A DNA stretch of 64,000 bases from a virus (lineage: Duplodnaviria; Caudoviricetes), in the IMG/VR virus record IMGVR_UViG_3300032116_022045; one strand, 5' to 3'. Below, piece after piece: positions 10,894 through 20,281 of this stretch. Under the pieces are notes generated by a model. The model was not told the DNA's origin. It worked only from the letters and a program-made list of their open reading frames with translations, and did not search any database. The position numbers and the translations under genes were made by a program. Numbering within the stretch: position 1 is the first letter of the stretch; every line of letters begins with the position of its first letter.

Positions 10894-13800
10894 TTATCCT
10901 GTTATTGTTATTGTGCAACCAACATTATCTGTTATTGTTACTGTTATTGGTGAATTGCTAGTTATAGCCTGATTAATAGGGAATGGTGTGCTAGTGTATG
11001 GTGAGAACCCACCTGTTGGTGTGTTTATTGTTCTAATGTTACCACTAACAGTTATTGTAGAATTTAATGGTGCTATTGGTAGCGGCATTATGAATATAGG
11101 TATCTGTATTTCATTACTAACACATGTATAATTAGATGTATTACTAAATCTTATTCTAATATTAGAGTTTAATTGATTTGATGGTATTGTTAATGTCATA
11201 GGTGTACTTGAATTAACAAATGGCATTGTTGTTTGTATATAGGTACCACCATCTAAACTATATTCAACATACGCTGTGCTATTTGGATTTAAACCAGATG
11301 TAATCCTAAATGTTACAATATATTGATTAGGACTACATTGTTTTGTTAATTCTGCTTGTGTCCCAGCAGATATTGTTAATTGCTGATTTAATGAACTAAC
11401 AATAGTGCTAGTTGTTGCTGATGTATTGTTAGAATCAACTACGTTTGTTATATATGTACCAGATGTTAAATTCTGTAAATTTAATGACGTGCTAAAGAAG
11501 CTATTAGGTCCAGTTGTTTGAACACCATATGGTTGTGTTCCGCCATTAACTGTAATTAATATAGACCCATTACCACTATTAAAACATTGTTCATCTGTTT
11601 TAGTTGTTGTTACCGCAATTGAAGTTGGTCCACCTACTGTTAATCCGCTAATTAATGTCGTTTGTTGTGGAAGTGAATTATCAGTTATAGTTAATGAATA
11701 TCCTATAGTATTATCAACTGGTAAATTTGATAACACTAATGGTGGTGTTATGTTATTACCTGTTGAAATAATCCCACCAAGACCATTTCTTAAGATATAA
11801 GAATATGGTGGTAATCCACCACCAACAGAAGCAATAGTTATTTCACCATCATTAGCCAATACTGATGATACGTTCTTTGTTACACTAACAACACCATACA
11901 ATGGTATTGGTCCACCTACTGTTATTGTTTTATTAACTGGATAACCTAAACTATCTGTACCGCTTATTATGTATTGTCCTTGTACTAAACCATTTAATAC
12001 TACTTGATTATTACCTTGTACTGTACCAGTGTTATTATATGAATTAGGTCCAGTAACAGTATATGAAAATGGTGAATTAACACCAATAAATGAGAATGTT
12101 ATTGTACCATTATTTAAAGCTTGATTATTAACCACTGTTGATGTTGCGTCAATTGTTAAGACACTTTTTTGAACAACAGGGCAAGTTACAAAATATTTTT
12201 TTGTTAATTTTTCAACAGCTGATTTACCTGGTATAATACCAAAATAAAAATAGTAAGAATGTTTTGGTTGTGAAAAACTAGTCTGATAATTACTAGGATT
12301 AAACCCTCTAAATTCCACATATTCTTTACCATTTTCTGTTAATGAATCAACTGAAAAAGTGTTTGTATTATTTTTATTAAAAAGAGTATCTGGTATTGTA
12401 TTTAAAGAGTATGGTTTATTTAAAATTGTAAAATCATTTCTAAATTGAATACCAAAATCTGTATCAATATCGTTACTACCAATAACACCATCTGGTGCTA
12501 TTATAGTATTATTAACTGGGTCTATTTTTTGTTCATCTATATCAACACCATATTCACATATGTGTCTAATATTTGAACATTGTCTAGAATCAACATGGAC
12601 ACCACAACAATTGATAGCAAAAAATAACCCATCTTTTTTATCTGTTAAATCAATCATACCAGTTTCAACTAATATTTTATTATTGTTGTTGTCTTCAAAA
12701 TATTCTGATATATCTGGTGGTAATTTATATGTTGTTGGAATTAAAAACTGTTGTAGTTTTGGTTGTCCTTGCCAATCACAATCAAATACTGAACCTAATG
12801 ATATAATATCTGTTGCAAAGAATTTAACATCACCATTTCTTGATGTTGCGGCATAATATAAATCATCATTAAACTTTTTTACAAGCCCTTCTCTATTGTT
12901 TAGTATAAAATCTTTATATTGTGCTTGACAATCATCAAAACCACCGCCTGTTAAACCGCCTAAAGAACATGCTTGAGTATATACACTAGCTCCATTACAA
13001 TTATAACAAGTATCAATTAACTTAACATTGTTACAATTATTTTCTGAATCTCCTATACGACAATCGACATCACAAAATTTTTCTTTTTTATTTCTTCTTA
13101 TTTTTTTATATTTTAATAAAAAAGAATATAATGAACCATTAATCCAATCATTATAAAAATCAAATTCAAATAAACCTAAAGCCTTTGCAATTTGTAATGA
13201 AATACATTCATCAAGACTACATAAATTAAAGACACCATCTATACCAGTTGGACAATTTTTTCCTGGGTATACATCTATTGGTTTTCTATCATTAGCTGTT
13301 TCCCAAGTTGTTTTCCATTTTGGTTCAACATCATCAGGGAATTTTAATTTTTTATTACCTAAAATAATTGCAAATAAATTTACTATTTGACCCAATGTAA
13401 AATGTAAAATACCAGCTACAATATAAAAACTAAATTTAAAAAGTTTAATCGCCCTATTTTCAAGTATATTATCTTTTCTACAACCTGGTGCGTATACTTT
13501 TGGTGAGTCTTCACCACATTCTATTGTTAAACAACCAATATTATTGCCATCAGCGTCTTCTAATATTTTTTTAAGGGGGAAATTTTTTTCTAACTCATAA
13601 AAAGCACACCATAAGCTTTTTGTTTTAACATTTGGGTCAAAACATCTACTTTGTGAAGGGTTTACGAAATCTCTTAACTGTTGACCTAGTGATGGTGCTA
13701 ATAAGCTTATTGGTAACGAAATAGCAAATAATATTATAGATATAATACCTAAAACTATAAATAAAATAACAATTAATACTGCCAATATAGGGTTTATTAT

Positions 13801-15303
13801 ATAAGCTACAATTGTATTAACAACCCAAGTGAATATATAAAATAAAACATTTATTGGTGGTAATATAAGGTTATTTAAACCCCAAACAATTTGTCCAATT
13901 ATATTAATTAATAAACATAATACTGAAAAAATTGGATTTGTGTCTGTATGTATTTTATTATAAGGAAATGGTGTTTTATCTCCAACGCAATCATCAATAT
14001 TCTTTAACCCTGTTGAATTTCTATCTCTTGGACCAGCACCAACTTTTTGATACCTTGATATAAATGAACTTACTGTATATATCTTATTCCAATATAAATC
14101 CCTAAAACTTGTATCTTTTGTGTCTGGACCAAATTCATAATCAATTTCACTCTGGTTTTGTGGGTTATTTGGTACCAAATATTTTGCTCTTGTCCTAAGT
14201 CTACCTTCACCACCAGTATCATCCATACCTATTTTAAACCTAACACTAGCTCTTGTTGGTATTCCAACATTAGGGTCTTCTGTTAATTGTAAATTACCAA
14301 ATTCATCAGTAACAACATAATCAAGATTCATAGGTATCTGATAAGCCCAAGCACCATTTTCATCAATAACTTGTCCACCCTCAACATCAAAAGATTCTAT
14401 TGAACCATCAATAGTTTTTCTAATCATATTAATGGTTCCTTGACTTGTTTCTTGTTCACATAATAAACCTAATTTTCTTCTTGGTCTACAATTTTTATTT
14501 ACACTATTTTTATCTTGGTCACCAAATATACTACCCATAAAAATAGCATTAGGTATTAATGTATAGTTTAAATCAAAATCAACCCTTGTTATTCCTATCT
14601 CACACGTTTCAAAATTTCCCCAAAAAGGTCTGACATTAACACCAGCATTTGATGTTTTTATTTGTGGTAATTTATCTAAATTTGTACCACCTTTAAATTT
14701 TGTTGTACTTTCAAATAACTTTTCAGATGAACCTTGATTTATTAAATCATAAGGCCTCTGTGATGCGATACCAATGTCTGATATATCAGCATCAATATGT
14801 AAGGTATAAGTTCCAACAGGGACTCCAAAAAGCATAAAATCACCAGCGTGATTTGTTGTTGTGGTGAATTTATAATATTTACAATATATTTTATTTAAAA
14901 CTTCATTATTAAGTATCTCACGCTTATCAGGGAATGTTCCAACTGGTGTATAGCAATCATTACCAACATCAGCATTTTTAGGCAATAGATTATATCTTAC
15001 ACCATCAATATTCCTATCAGTAATAACTTCATAAGGATATAGACCACTAATTAATGGGTCTTCTTTATCAATATCATCAATAGGTATAAAAACACTTACC
15101 TTGGCATTAGGAACCCCAAATCCAGAGTTTATTGTTACCCTCCCAACTATTGCACCATAATCAGCACAAAAGTTCCTATAAGCCTCTTCTTGAGATATTC
15201 TTAAACTTAATATCTCAATAAAATCAAATTCTTGTTCAATAGGTACTTTTATGTACTTATCTAATCCATTTGGTGTTGTTCTTATTCTTATTGTTTTAGA
15301 CAT
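10894..15303 (-). CDS. Large baseplate/tail protein with carboxypeptidase-regulatory-like N-terminus, hydrophobic helices and SprB-like repeats
   Basis: 1469 aa; GRVTINSGFGVPNAKVSVF and FMLFGVPVGTYTLHIDAD (CarboxypepD_reg-like); central hydrophobic stretch; C-terminal repeats such as CFNSGNGSILITVNGGTQPY. Confidence 0.6.
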   Translation of the reverse strand: MSKTIRIRTTPNGLDKYIKVPIEQEFDFIEILSLRISQEEAYRNFCADYGAIVGRVTINSGFGVPNAKVSVFIPIDDIDKEDPLISGLYPYEVITDRNIDGVRYNLLPKNADVGNDCYTPVGTFPDKREILNNEVLNKIYCKYYKFTTTTNHAGDFMLFGVPVGTYTLHIDADISDIGIASQRPYDLINQGSSEKLFESTTKFKGGTNLDKLPQIKTSNAGVNVRPFWGNFETCEIGITRVDFDLNYTLIPNAIFMGSIFGDQDKNSVNKNCRPRRKLGLLCEQETSQGTINMIRKTIDGSIESFDVEGGQVIDENGAWAYQIPMNLDYVVTDEFGNLQLTEDPNVGIPTRASVRFKIGMDDTGGEGRLRTRAKYLVPNNPQNQSEIDYEFGPDTKDTSFRDLYWNKIYTVSSFISRYQKVGAGPRDRNSTGLKNIDDCVGDKTPFPYNKIHTDTNPIFSVLCLLINIIGQIVWGLNNLILPPINVLFYIFTWVVNTIVAYIINPILAVLIVILFIVLGIISIILFAISLPISLLAPSLGQQLRDFVNPSQSRCFDPNVKTKSLWCAFYELEKNFPLKKILEDADGNNIGCLTIECGEDSPKVYAPGCRKDNILENRAIKLFKFSFYIVAGILHFTLGQIVNLFAIILGNKKLKFPDDVEPKWKTTWETANDRKPIDVYPGKNCPTGIDGVFNLCSLDECISLQIAKALGLFEFDFYNDWINGSLYSFLLKYKKIRRNKKEKFCDVDCRIGDSENNCNNVKLIDTCYNCNGASVYTQACSLGGLTGGGFDDCQAQYKDFILNNREGLVKKFNDDLYYAATSRNGDVKFFATDIISLGSVFDCDWQGQPKLQQFLIPTTYKLPPDISEYFEDNNNNKILVETGMIDLTDKKDGLFFAINCCGVHVDSRQCSNIRHICEYGVDIDEQKIDPVNNTIIAPDGVIGSNDIDTDFGIQFRNDFTILNKPYSLNTIPDTLFNKNNTNTFSVDSLTENGKEYVEFRGFNPSNYQTSFSQPKHSYYFYFGIIPGKSAVEKLTKKYFVTCPVVQKSVLTIDATSTVVNNQALNNGTITFSFIGVNSPFSYTVTGPNSYNNTGTVQGNNQVVLNGLVQGQYIISGTDSLGYPVNKTITVGGPIPLYGVVSVTKNVSSVLANDGEITIASVGGGLPPYSYILRNGLGGIISTGNNITPPLVLSNLPVDNTIGYSLTITDNSLPQQTTLISGLTVGGPTSIAVTTTKTDEQCFNSGNGSILITVNGGTQPYGVQTTGPNSFFSTSLNLQNLTSGTYITNVVDSNNTSATTSTIVSSLNQQLTISAGTQAELTKQCSPNQYIVTFRITSGLNPNSTAYVEYSLDGGTYIQTTMPFVNSSTPMTLTIPSNQLNSNIRIRFSNTSNYTCVSNEIQIPIFIMPLPIAPLNSTITVSGNIRTINTPTGGFSPYTSTPFPINQAITSNSPITVTITDNVGCTITITG

Positions 15304-15312
15304 TTAACAGAA

Positions 15313-15663
15313 TTAATTTTTACTTGTTATGTCTTCAACATCCAATAATACAACATCATCTTCAGTTAATACGCTTAATTCTTCATAATCATCATCTTCC
15401 TCTGGCTCTTCATTTAATTTAACATTCATTTTCTTAGCCACAATCGCTAATAAATTTGTAATATCAATATTCTGATTAACAACAATAGTTTTAAATAAAA
15501 ACCAAATAAAAAATATATTAATAAATGGTAAACCAATTATTAATACAAATAAAAAATACATACTATTAATTAACGTATTTTTAACGTTACTAACAGAAAT
15601 TTTATTTTCATTATTACTTAAATTTGTTGGTGTTATATCACCACTTTTACATCCACAACTCAT
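15313..15663 (-). CDS. Small membrane protein (MSCGCK N-terminus)
   Basis: 116 aa with a long hydrophobic segment MYFLFVLIIGLPFINIFFIWFLF and an acidic tail. Confidence 0.7.
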   Translation of the reverse strand: MSCGCKSGDITPTNLSNNENKISVSNVKNTLINSMYFLFVLIIGLPFINIFFIWFLFKTIVVNQNIDITNLLAIVAKKMNVKLNEEPEEDDDYEELSVLTEDDVVLLDVEDITSKN

Positions 15664-15720
15664 TGTTTTTATCGTTTTATTATTAAATAATATAATTATT
15701 TTATTGTTAAAGAAAACAGT

Positions 15721-17541
15721 TTATTTGACCCTTACTTTAATATCAGTTTCAGGGAATTTAATTTCATATAAACTTGTTGGTTCCCCGAATAAAGTAAAAT
15801 CTTGTGATATATCAACTTGTCTGGTTGTTGAATCCAAATAAGGTTGTGAAATCTCATTTAAACTATATTTACCTTCACCTACTTTATTAAACACTCTTAA
15901 ATCAATTACGTTTAATACACCACCAACATTATTTATTGCCTCAATCAATTGTGACATGTATATATTATCACCCATTTCAAAATTATTGATATTCATATAA
16001 TTCTGTATGGTTATTATTACTTGTGTTACAATGCTTGATTGTGGTTGTCTCTTATCAATATATAAATCAACTTCAAACGCTAAATTTATTATCCTACCGT
16101 TAGTTACTTGAACATAATCATTTAACATTCTATATTGAGCCAAATAAGTGGCTATATTATCTCTTAATGTGCTTGTTGATGTATTGCTTAGTTTTCCTTG
16201 TGCATTTAATCCTAATATGTATATGTTTATTTTGTTTTGTTCTTCAAAGACACCACATCTAAATGGTACACCAAATCTACCAGGCATTAATGCAATTCTT
16301 GCTTGATAATCTTTAATTGTAACTGCTCTATTCTGAGAAGCAAAATTATATTTAACCAAATTCCTTAATTCATTAACACTAGGTTCATCTCTACCACCTA
16401 ACGCTGGAAATGCGTTATTGACAGTTAATGATGTTCTAACAGCACTATTTATTGTCTGGTCTGGGCCATTTACTGTCATATCTAGTAATCCTAATCCATT
16501 AATAACATTAACCCCAAGATTTGTATCAGCACCACCACCAACTCTATATTTAACAAATAATGTTGTATTTGGTTTTAGTGTTTCACCTAATGTGTTATTA
16601 TTAACGAAATCACCAATTTGATTTATTAAAGCAATATTTGAATCAAAATCACATAAACTTGTGACATCTCTTGAACCACTACCAAAAATCATTTTATAAA
16701 AACCCAAGTCAGTGTATTCTGTCATGAATTTTTTTGTTGTTTTTATCCATTTACCAACCAAAACATTTGAATTATCTGATGCTCTTGTTGTATCTTCAAC
16801 ATAAATTTTATCTTCAGCCAAAGCATCAACTTCAAACCACCTTAAATCATTATTAAAAAAGTTATCAATATTTGGTGTTGTTGGATAATTTGTGCCATCT
16901 AATGTAATTACTGAATCAATAGACAAAACATTTGTATCTGGTAATACAACTTCTAAAAAAGGAACAACATCACTAACTGTAATTGGTCTTTGATAATATT
17001 TTGTGTAACCATTAACGACCATTTCTCTCTTTACCAAATTATAATTTATAACATTGCCATTAGCATCAAAATTTGGTAGAATTAATCTATTTGGTATACC
17101 ACCAATTGTAAATGGACTTGAAAAATCAATATCTGACATAGTTTCAAATACTTTACCTGCACCAGTTACTTGTGAACCAATTCTTATTATTGGCGCATAT
17201 GAAACATCAAATGTATCACCAAATGTCGGTACTGTTACCGTGAAATCAACAATTGTTACACTAGGTCTTTTACCTGGTACCTTTAACCCAAATGTCCTTG
17301 CTAATGATAATATAGATTTTCTCTCTTGTGCATAATCTATTTGTGTCTCTTGGAACATTCTGTCAGTATTATGTGACAACATGTCACCTACAGCTGCATT
17401 GAGTTCCAGAAGCATTAGTCCGATGGATGCATCGTTAAAATCATTAAAAAACTCACTATAATATTGTCTAACCATATTAATAAGGTCAGTACGTATATCC
17501 ACAAAGTTTCTGGAAGAGTAATTAATACCTTGATTTGCCAT
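15721..17541 (-). CDS. Baseplate wedge protein (T4 gp6 / baseplate J-like)
   Basis: NYSSRNFVDIRTDL...FNDASIGLMLLELNAAVGD...GGRDEPS...NRAVTIKDY are gp6-family motifs. Confidence 0.9.
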   Translation of the reverse strand: MANQGINYSSRNFVDIRTDLINMVRQYYSEFFNDFNDASIGLMLLELNAAVGDMLSHNTDRMFQETQIDYAQERKSILSLARTFGLKVPGKRPSVTIVDFTVTVPTFGDTFDVSYAPIIRIGSQVTGAGKVFETMSDIDFSSPFTIGGIPNRLILPNFDANGNVINYNLVKREMVVNGYTKYYQRPITVSDVVPFLEVVLPDTNVLSIDSVITLDGTNYPTTPNIDNFFNNDLRWFEVDALAEDKIYVEDTTRASDNSNVLVGKWIKTTKKFMTEYTDLGFYKMIFGSGSRDVTSLCDFDSNIALINQIGDFVNNNTLGETLKPNTTLFVKYRVGGGADTNLGVNVINGLGLLDMTVNGPDQTINSAVRTSLTVNNAFPALGGRDEPSVNELRNLVKYNFASQNRAVTIKDYQARIALMPGRFGVPFRCGVFEEQNKINIYILGLNAQGKLSNTSTSTLRDNIATYLAQYRMLNDYVQVTNGRIINLAFEVDLYIDKRQPQSSIVTQVIITIQNYMNINNFEMGDNIYMSQLIEAINNVGGVLNVIDLRVFNKVGEGKYSLNEISQPYLDSTTRQVDISQDFTLFGEPTSLYEIKFPETDIKVRVK

Positions 17542-17553
17542 AATATTTTTAAT

Positions 17554-17562
17554 TATAAATAT
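17554..17562 (-). promoter_or_regulatory. Putative phage late promoter ATATTTATA (representative copy)
   Basis: The RTATTTATW motif occurs 13-60 nt upstream of starts at 17554, 17998, 18418, 19142, 20225, 22445, 27648, 30087, 34804, 49732, 53765 and 56732 (minus strand) and flips to the plus strand at 24081 before the only plus-strand gene. Confidence 0.6.
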
Positions 17563-17598
17563 ATAGCATGAAAAAAATTAATGAATAATTATTTTTTG

Positions 17599-17985
17599 TT
17601 ATATTTTAACTATAATAAAATCTCTTGCTGTAAAAACACCGTCATTAATTGTGTATTCTAATTTTATTACAGCGGTATATTCTCTTTCTTCATCTTCTGT
17701 AACTGATAAATTATCAATATTAATTGTGGGGAAATATTTTTTTACTGTTGTTGATATTTCATCTTGTAAGTCACTATATGTGATACTATCATTTGGTTCA
17801 AATATATATAATAATAAATTAGTACCAAAATCTGGATTATATAATCTCTGACCCTTTCTTGTTAATATTAAATGCATTAAATCAGCTTTAATTGCAGCAT
17901 TATCTGTTGTCGTTAAATCAAGAAAAAAACCCTCTGGACTATTCTTAAACGGAAAATTAATATTTATATATCTCTTGCTAGCCAT
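17599..17985 (-). CDS. Baseplate wedge protein gp25-like
   Basis: AIKADLMHLILTRKGQRLYNPDFGTNL...FEP is the gp25/GPW family signature. Confidence 0.9.
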   Translation of the reverse strand: MASKRYININFPFKNSPEGFFLDLTTTDNAAIKADLMHLILTRKGQRLYNPDFGTNLLLYIFEPNDSITYSDLQDEISTTVKKYFPTINIDNLSVTEDEEREYTAVIKLEYTINDGVFTARDFIIVKI

Positions 17986-18033
17986 ATATCTTTATTTTAT
18001 AAATATATTAAAACATAATTTTATATAAATAAA

Positions 18034-18061
18034 AAAACCCCTAATGTTATTTAGAGGTTTT
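18034..18061 (-). terminator. Intrinsic terminator, repeated at 18483-18510
   Basis: Minus strand reads AAAACCTCTAA-ATAACA-TTAGGGGTTTT plus a U-tract; the single mismatch is a G-U pair only on the minus strand. Confidence 0.8.
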
Positions 18062-18081
18062 ATTATTTTTGTGTGGTGGGG

Positions 18082-18399
18082 TTATTTATTAAATATTTTT
18101 TTAACTTCATCCCAAGTTTTATTCTCTAAATTTACGGCATTTATTTTAGCAATTTCATCATCTTTAATACCTATAATATTTTTTAACATTGTGATTCTAA
18201 CCCACAATGCACCATTTTCCCATTTATCATCATCGTCTTTAAAAGAATGGATTGAATTCATTCTTGGGTCGTGGAACATACCAATCTCATCTTCCTTAAT
18301 AACCCCTTCAGTAATCTTTTGTTTTCTGGTAGTTTCTGTAATAATCTTATCGATTAAATTAACCAATTCACTTTCTTTAATTCTTACAACTTTTTTCAT
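18082..18399 (-). CDS. Cassette 1: shared 33-aa leader + unique 72-aa payload (putative head-packaged protein)
   Basis: The real start is the ATG at 18399 (MKKVVRIKESELVNLIDKIITETTRKQKITEGV), downstream of the late-promoter motif; the ORF-track extension runs through promoter DNA. Confidence 0.8.
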   Translation of the reverse strand: MKKVVRIKESELVNLIDKIITETTRKQKITEGVIKEDEIGMFHDPRMNSIHSFKDDDDKWENGALWVRITMLKNIIGIKDDEIAKINAVNLENKTWDEVKKIFNK

Positions 18400-18453
18400 A
18401 TCTTTTTTATGTTTTATAATAAATACATTAAGAAAAAAAAAAACCACAAATTT
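18301..18453. repeat. Cassette head repeat copy 1 (hairpin half + late promoter + TIR + leader)
   Basis: About 153 bp direct repeat; 2 mismatches to copy 2 and 7 in the leader versus copy 3 (manual comparison). Confidence 0.95.
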
Positions 18454-18482
18454 AATTATTTTTTTATTTACTAATAAATAAA

Positions 18483-18510
18483 AAAACCCCTAATGTTATT
18501 TAGAGGTTTT
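18483..18510 (-). terminator. Intrinsic terminator, duplicate of 18034-18061
   Basis: Identical stem-loop inside an approximately 60 bp trailer repeat (18474-18536 vs 18024-18088). Confidence 0.8.
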
Positions 18511-18577
18511 ATTCTTTTTTTGTGGTAGGTTATTTAAAATAATTTTTTATTCTTAAATTTTCACTAACTTTTTGTTG

Positions 18578-19123
18578 TTAAGCTTGTGGTTTCGGTGCAT
18601 TGGGTCTTTGATTTGGATTTACCTCTCCACCCTTTCTTGTTGTTTTAGGACCTAGGGTAAGTCTGGCATAAGAATCTTTTTCTTCACCACCCCATCCGCT
18701 TCCAATCTCTATATATTCACCACTTAATCCTTTTTTTAGTTCTAGGTCTGGAAATTGCTTAGCAACTAAATTACCGTATTTTTGAGCATTAGCTTTATTA
18801 ACACCCCTAATATCAACATGTAATACATCACCATAAGCACTAATAAAAACGTTTTGATTTTTAACATCTGGACTTGTTACTTTTTTACCACCAAAATCTA
18901 GAAGTGGTGTCGCTCCTTCTTTTTTAAATAAAGAATATAATTGTTTACCGTAATTTTTTAATACTAAAGCATCTTCTTTCAAAACCATTTCTTCATTAAT
19001 AATCTGTTTTCCAGCTAAGTTTCTAACACCTTCAGTAATCTTTTGTTTTCTGGTAGTTTCTGTAATAATCTTATCGATTAAATTAACCAATTCACTTTCT
19101 TTAATTCTTACAACTTTTTTCAT
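18578..19123 (-). CDS. Cassette 2: shared 33-aa leader + unique 148-aa payload
   Basis: ATG at 19123; identical leader peptide to cassette 1, then an unrelated sequence. Confidence 0.85.
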   Translation of the reverse strand: MKKVVRIKESELVNLIDKIITETTRKQKITEGVRNLAGKQIINEEMVLKEDALVLKNYGKQLYSLFKKEGATPLLDFGGKKVTSPDVKNQNVFISAYGDVLHVDIRGVNKANAQKYGNLVAKQFPDLELKKGLSGEYIEIGSGWGGEEKDSYARLTLGPKTTRKGGEVNPNQRPNAPKPQA

Positions 19124-19199
19124 ATCTTTTTTATGTTTTATAATAAATATATTAAGAAAAAAAAAAACCACAAATTTTGTGGTTTTTTTCATTTGTGTA
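19025..19199. repeat. Cassette head repeat copy 2 with full palindrome A7CCACAAA-T-TTTGTGGT7 (19161-19189)
   Basis: Direct sequence comparison. Confidence 0.95.
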
Positions 19200-19222
19200 A
19201 TACCATTATATTCTCAATAATT

Positions 19223-20206
19223 TTACAAAATATCAGTTGATATAGAATCTTTATCAACTTCTAATTTATCGCCATTAGATTTTTTAAGTTTAAAAGTAAC
19301 TTCTTTAGTGGGTTCATCACCACTTTGAGATGTAACAATAATTGTATATTCTACACCGACTTGAAAATCTCGTTCATCCATCGACCCTTGACCATAAGAT
19401 TCTAAAGCATAAGCAAAATCTTCAGAATTTACTTCACCTAAATTATCTGGAATAATAACAGATTGAGTTCCATCTTGTCCTCTATGATAATATTCTTCTT
19501 CATTAATCATTTGTCTAATAGTTTTATTTGATTCTGTAATAATTTTATCGATTAAATTAACCAAATCACTTTCTTTAATTCTTACAACTTTTTTATTTTC
19601 ATTTATTTCTTTAGAATCAGGTATAATAACAGCATATCTTCCACCCCATTCTGATGTTCTTGGTATATTTGGGTCTCCTGGGAAAGCGGATAATACAATA
19701 TATTCATTAGGTATTGCAGTGCCTTTTTCATCTTTTTTTGGTCTAACGATTATTGTTAATTCATCTGTTCTAAATTGGTTTATTGGTGCTGTTGTTTTAA
19801 TTGCTGGTACTTTTATTTTATTAGGACCTTCAATTTTCTCAACTTCAGTTTCTTGAGCATTAGGTAATTTTTTAGCATCTTCTATTGGTAGTACCAAATT
19901 GTAACCAATATTTGGTACTTTAATATTTACTGTTCCAGTTGTATTAGCAATTTTATCAATATCATTTCTTTTATTTAATGTGTCTTGAACTATATTTAAA
20001 ACATCATCAATAGATTTAGCAAAAATAGAACCTTGACCAACTTTACCATGTACATCCTCTAATTTATCTTTTAATGACCAACCGCTAACATCTTTTGTTG
20101 GTATTGTAACGCCTTCAGTAATTTTTCTTTTTCTAGTAGTTTCTGTGATAATTTTATCGATTAAATTAACCAATTCACTTTCTTTAATTCTTACAACTTT
20201 TTTCAT
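19223..20206 (-). CDS. Cassette 3: leader + domain A + internal leader copy + domain B (two-payload fusion)
   Basis: ATG at 20206; internal KKVVRIKESDLVNLIDKIITE at 19532-19594. Confidence 0.85.
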   Translation of the reverse strand: MKKVVRIKESELVNLIDKIITETTRKRKITEGVTIPTKDVSGWSLKDKLEDVHGKVGQGSIFAKSIDDVLNIVQDTLNKRNDIDKIANTTGTVNIKVPNIGYNLVLPIEDAKKLPNAQETEVEKIEGPNKIKVPAIKTTAPINQFRTDELTIIVRPKKDEKGTAIPNEYIVLSAFPGDPNIPRTSEWGGRYAVIIPDSKEINENKKVVRIKESDLVNLIDKIITESNKTIRQMINEEEYYHRGQDGTQSVIIPDNLGEVNSEDFAYALESYGQGSMDERDFQVGVEYTIIVTSQSGDEPTKEVTFKLKKSNGDKLEVDKDSISTDIL

Positions 20207-20281
20207 ATCTTTTTTATGTTTTATAATAAATACATTAAGAAAAAAAAAAACCACAAATATTTGTGGTTTTTTGTTTGTGTT
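20108..20281. repeat. Cassette head repeat copy 3 with perfect 28-bp palindrome (20245-20272), also the nrdA terminator
   Basis: A6CCACAAATATTTGTGGT6 followed on the minus strand by a U-run, directly downstream of the nrdA-C stop. Confidence 0.95.
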
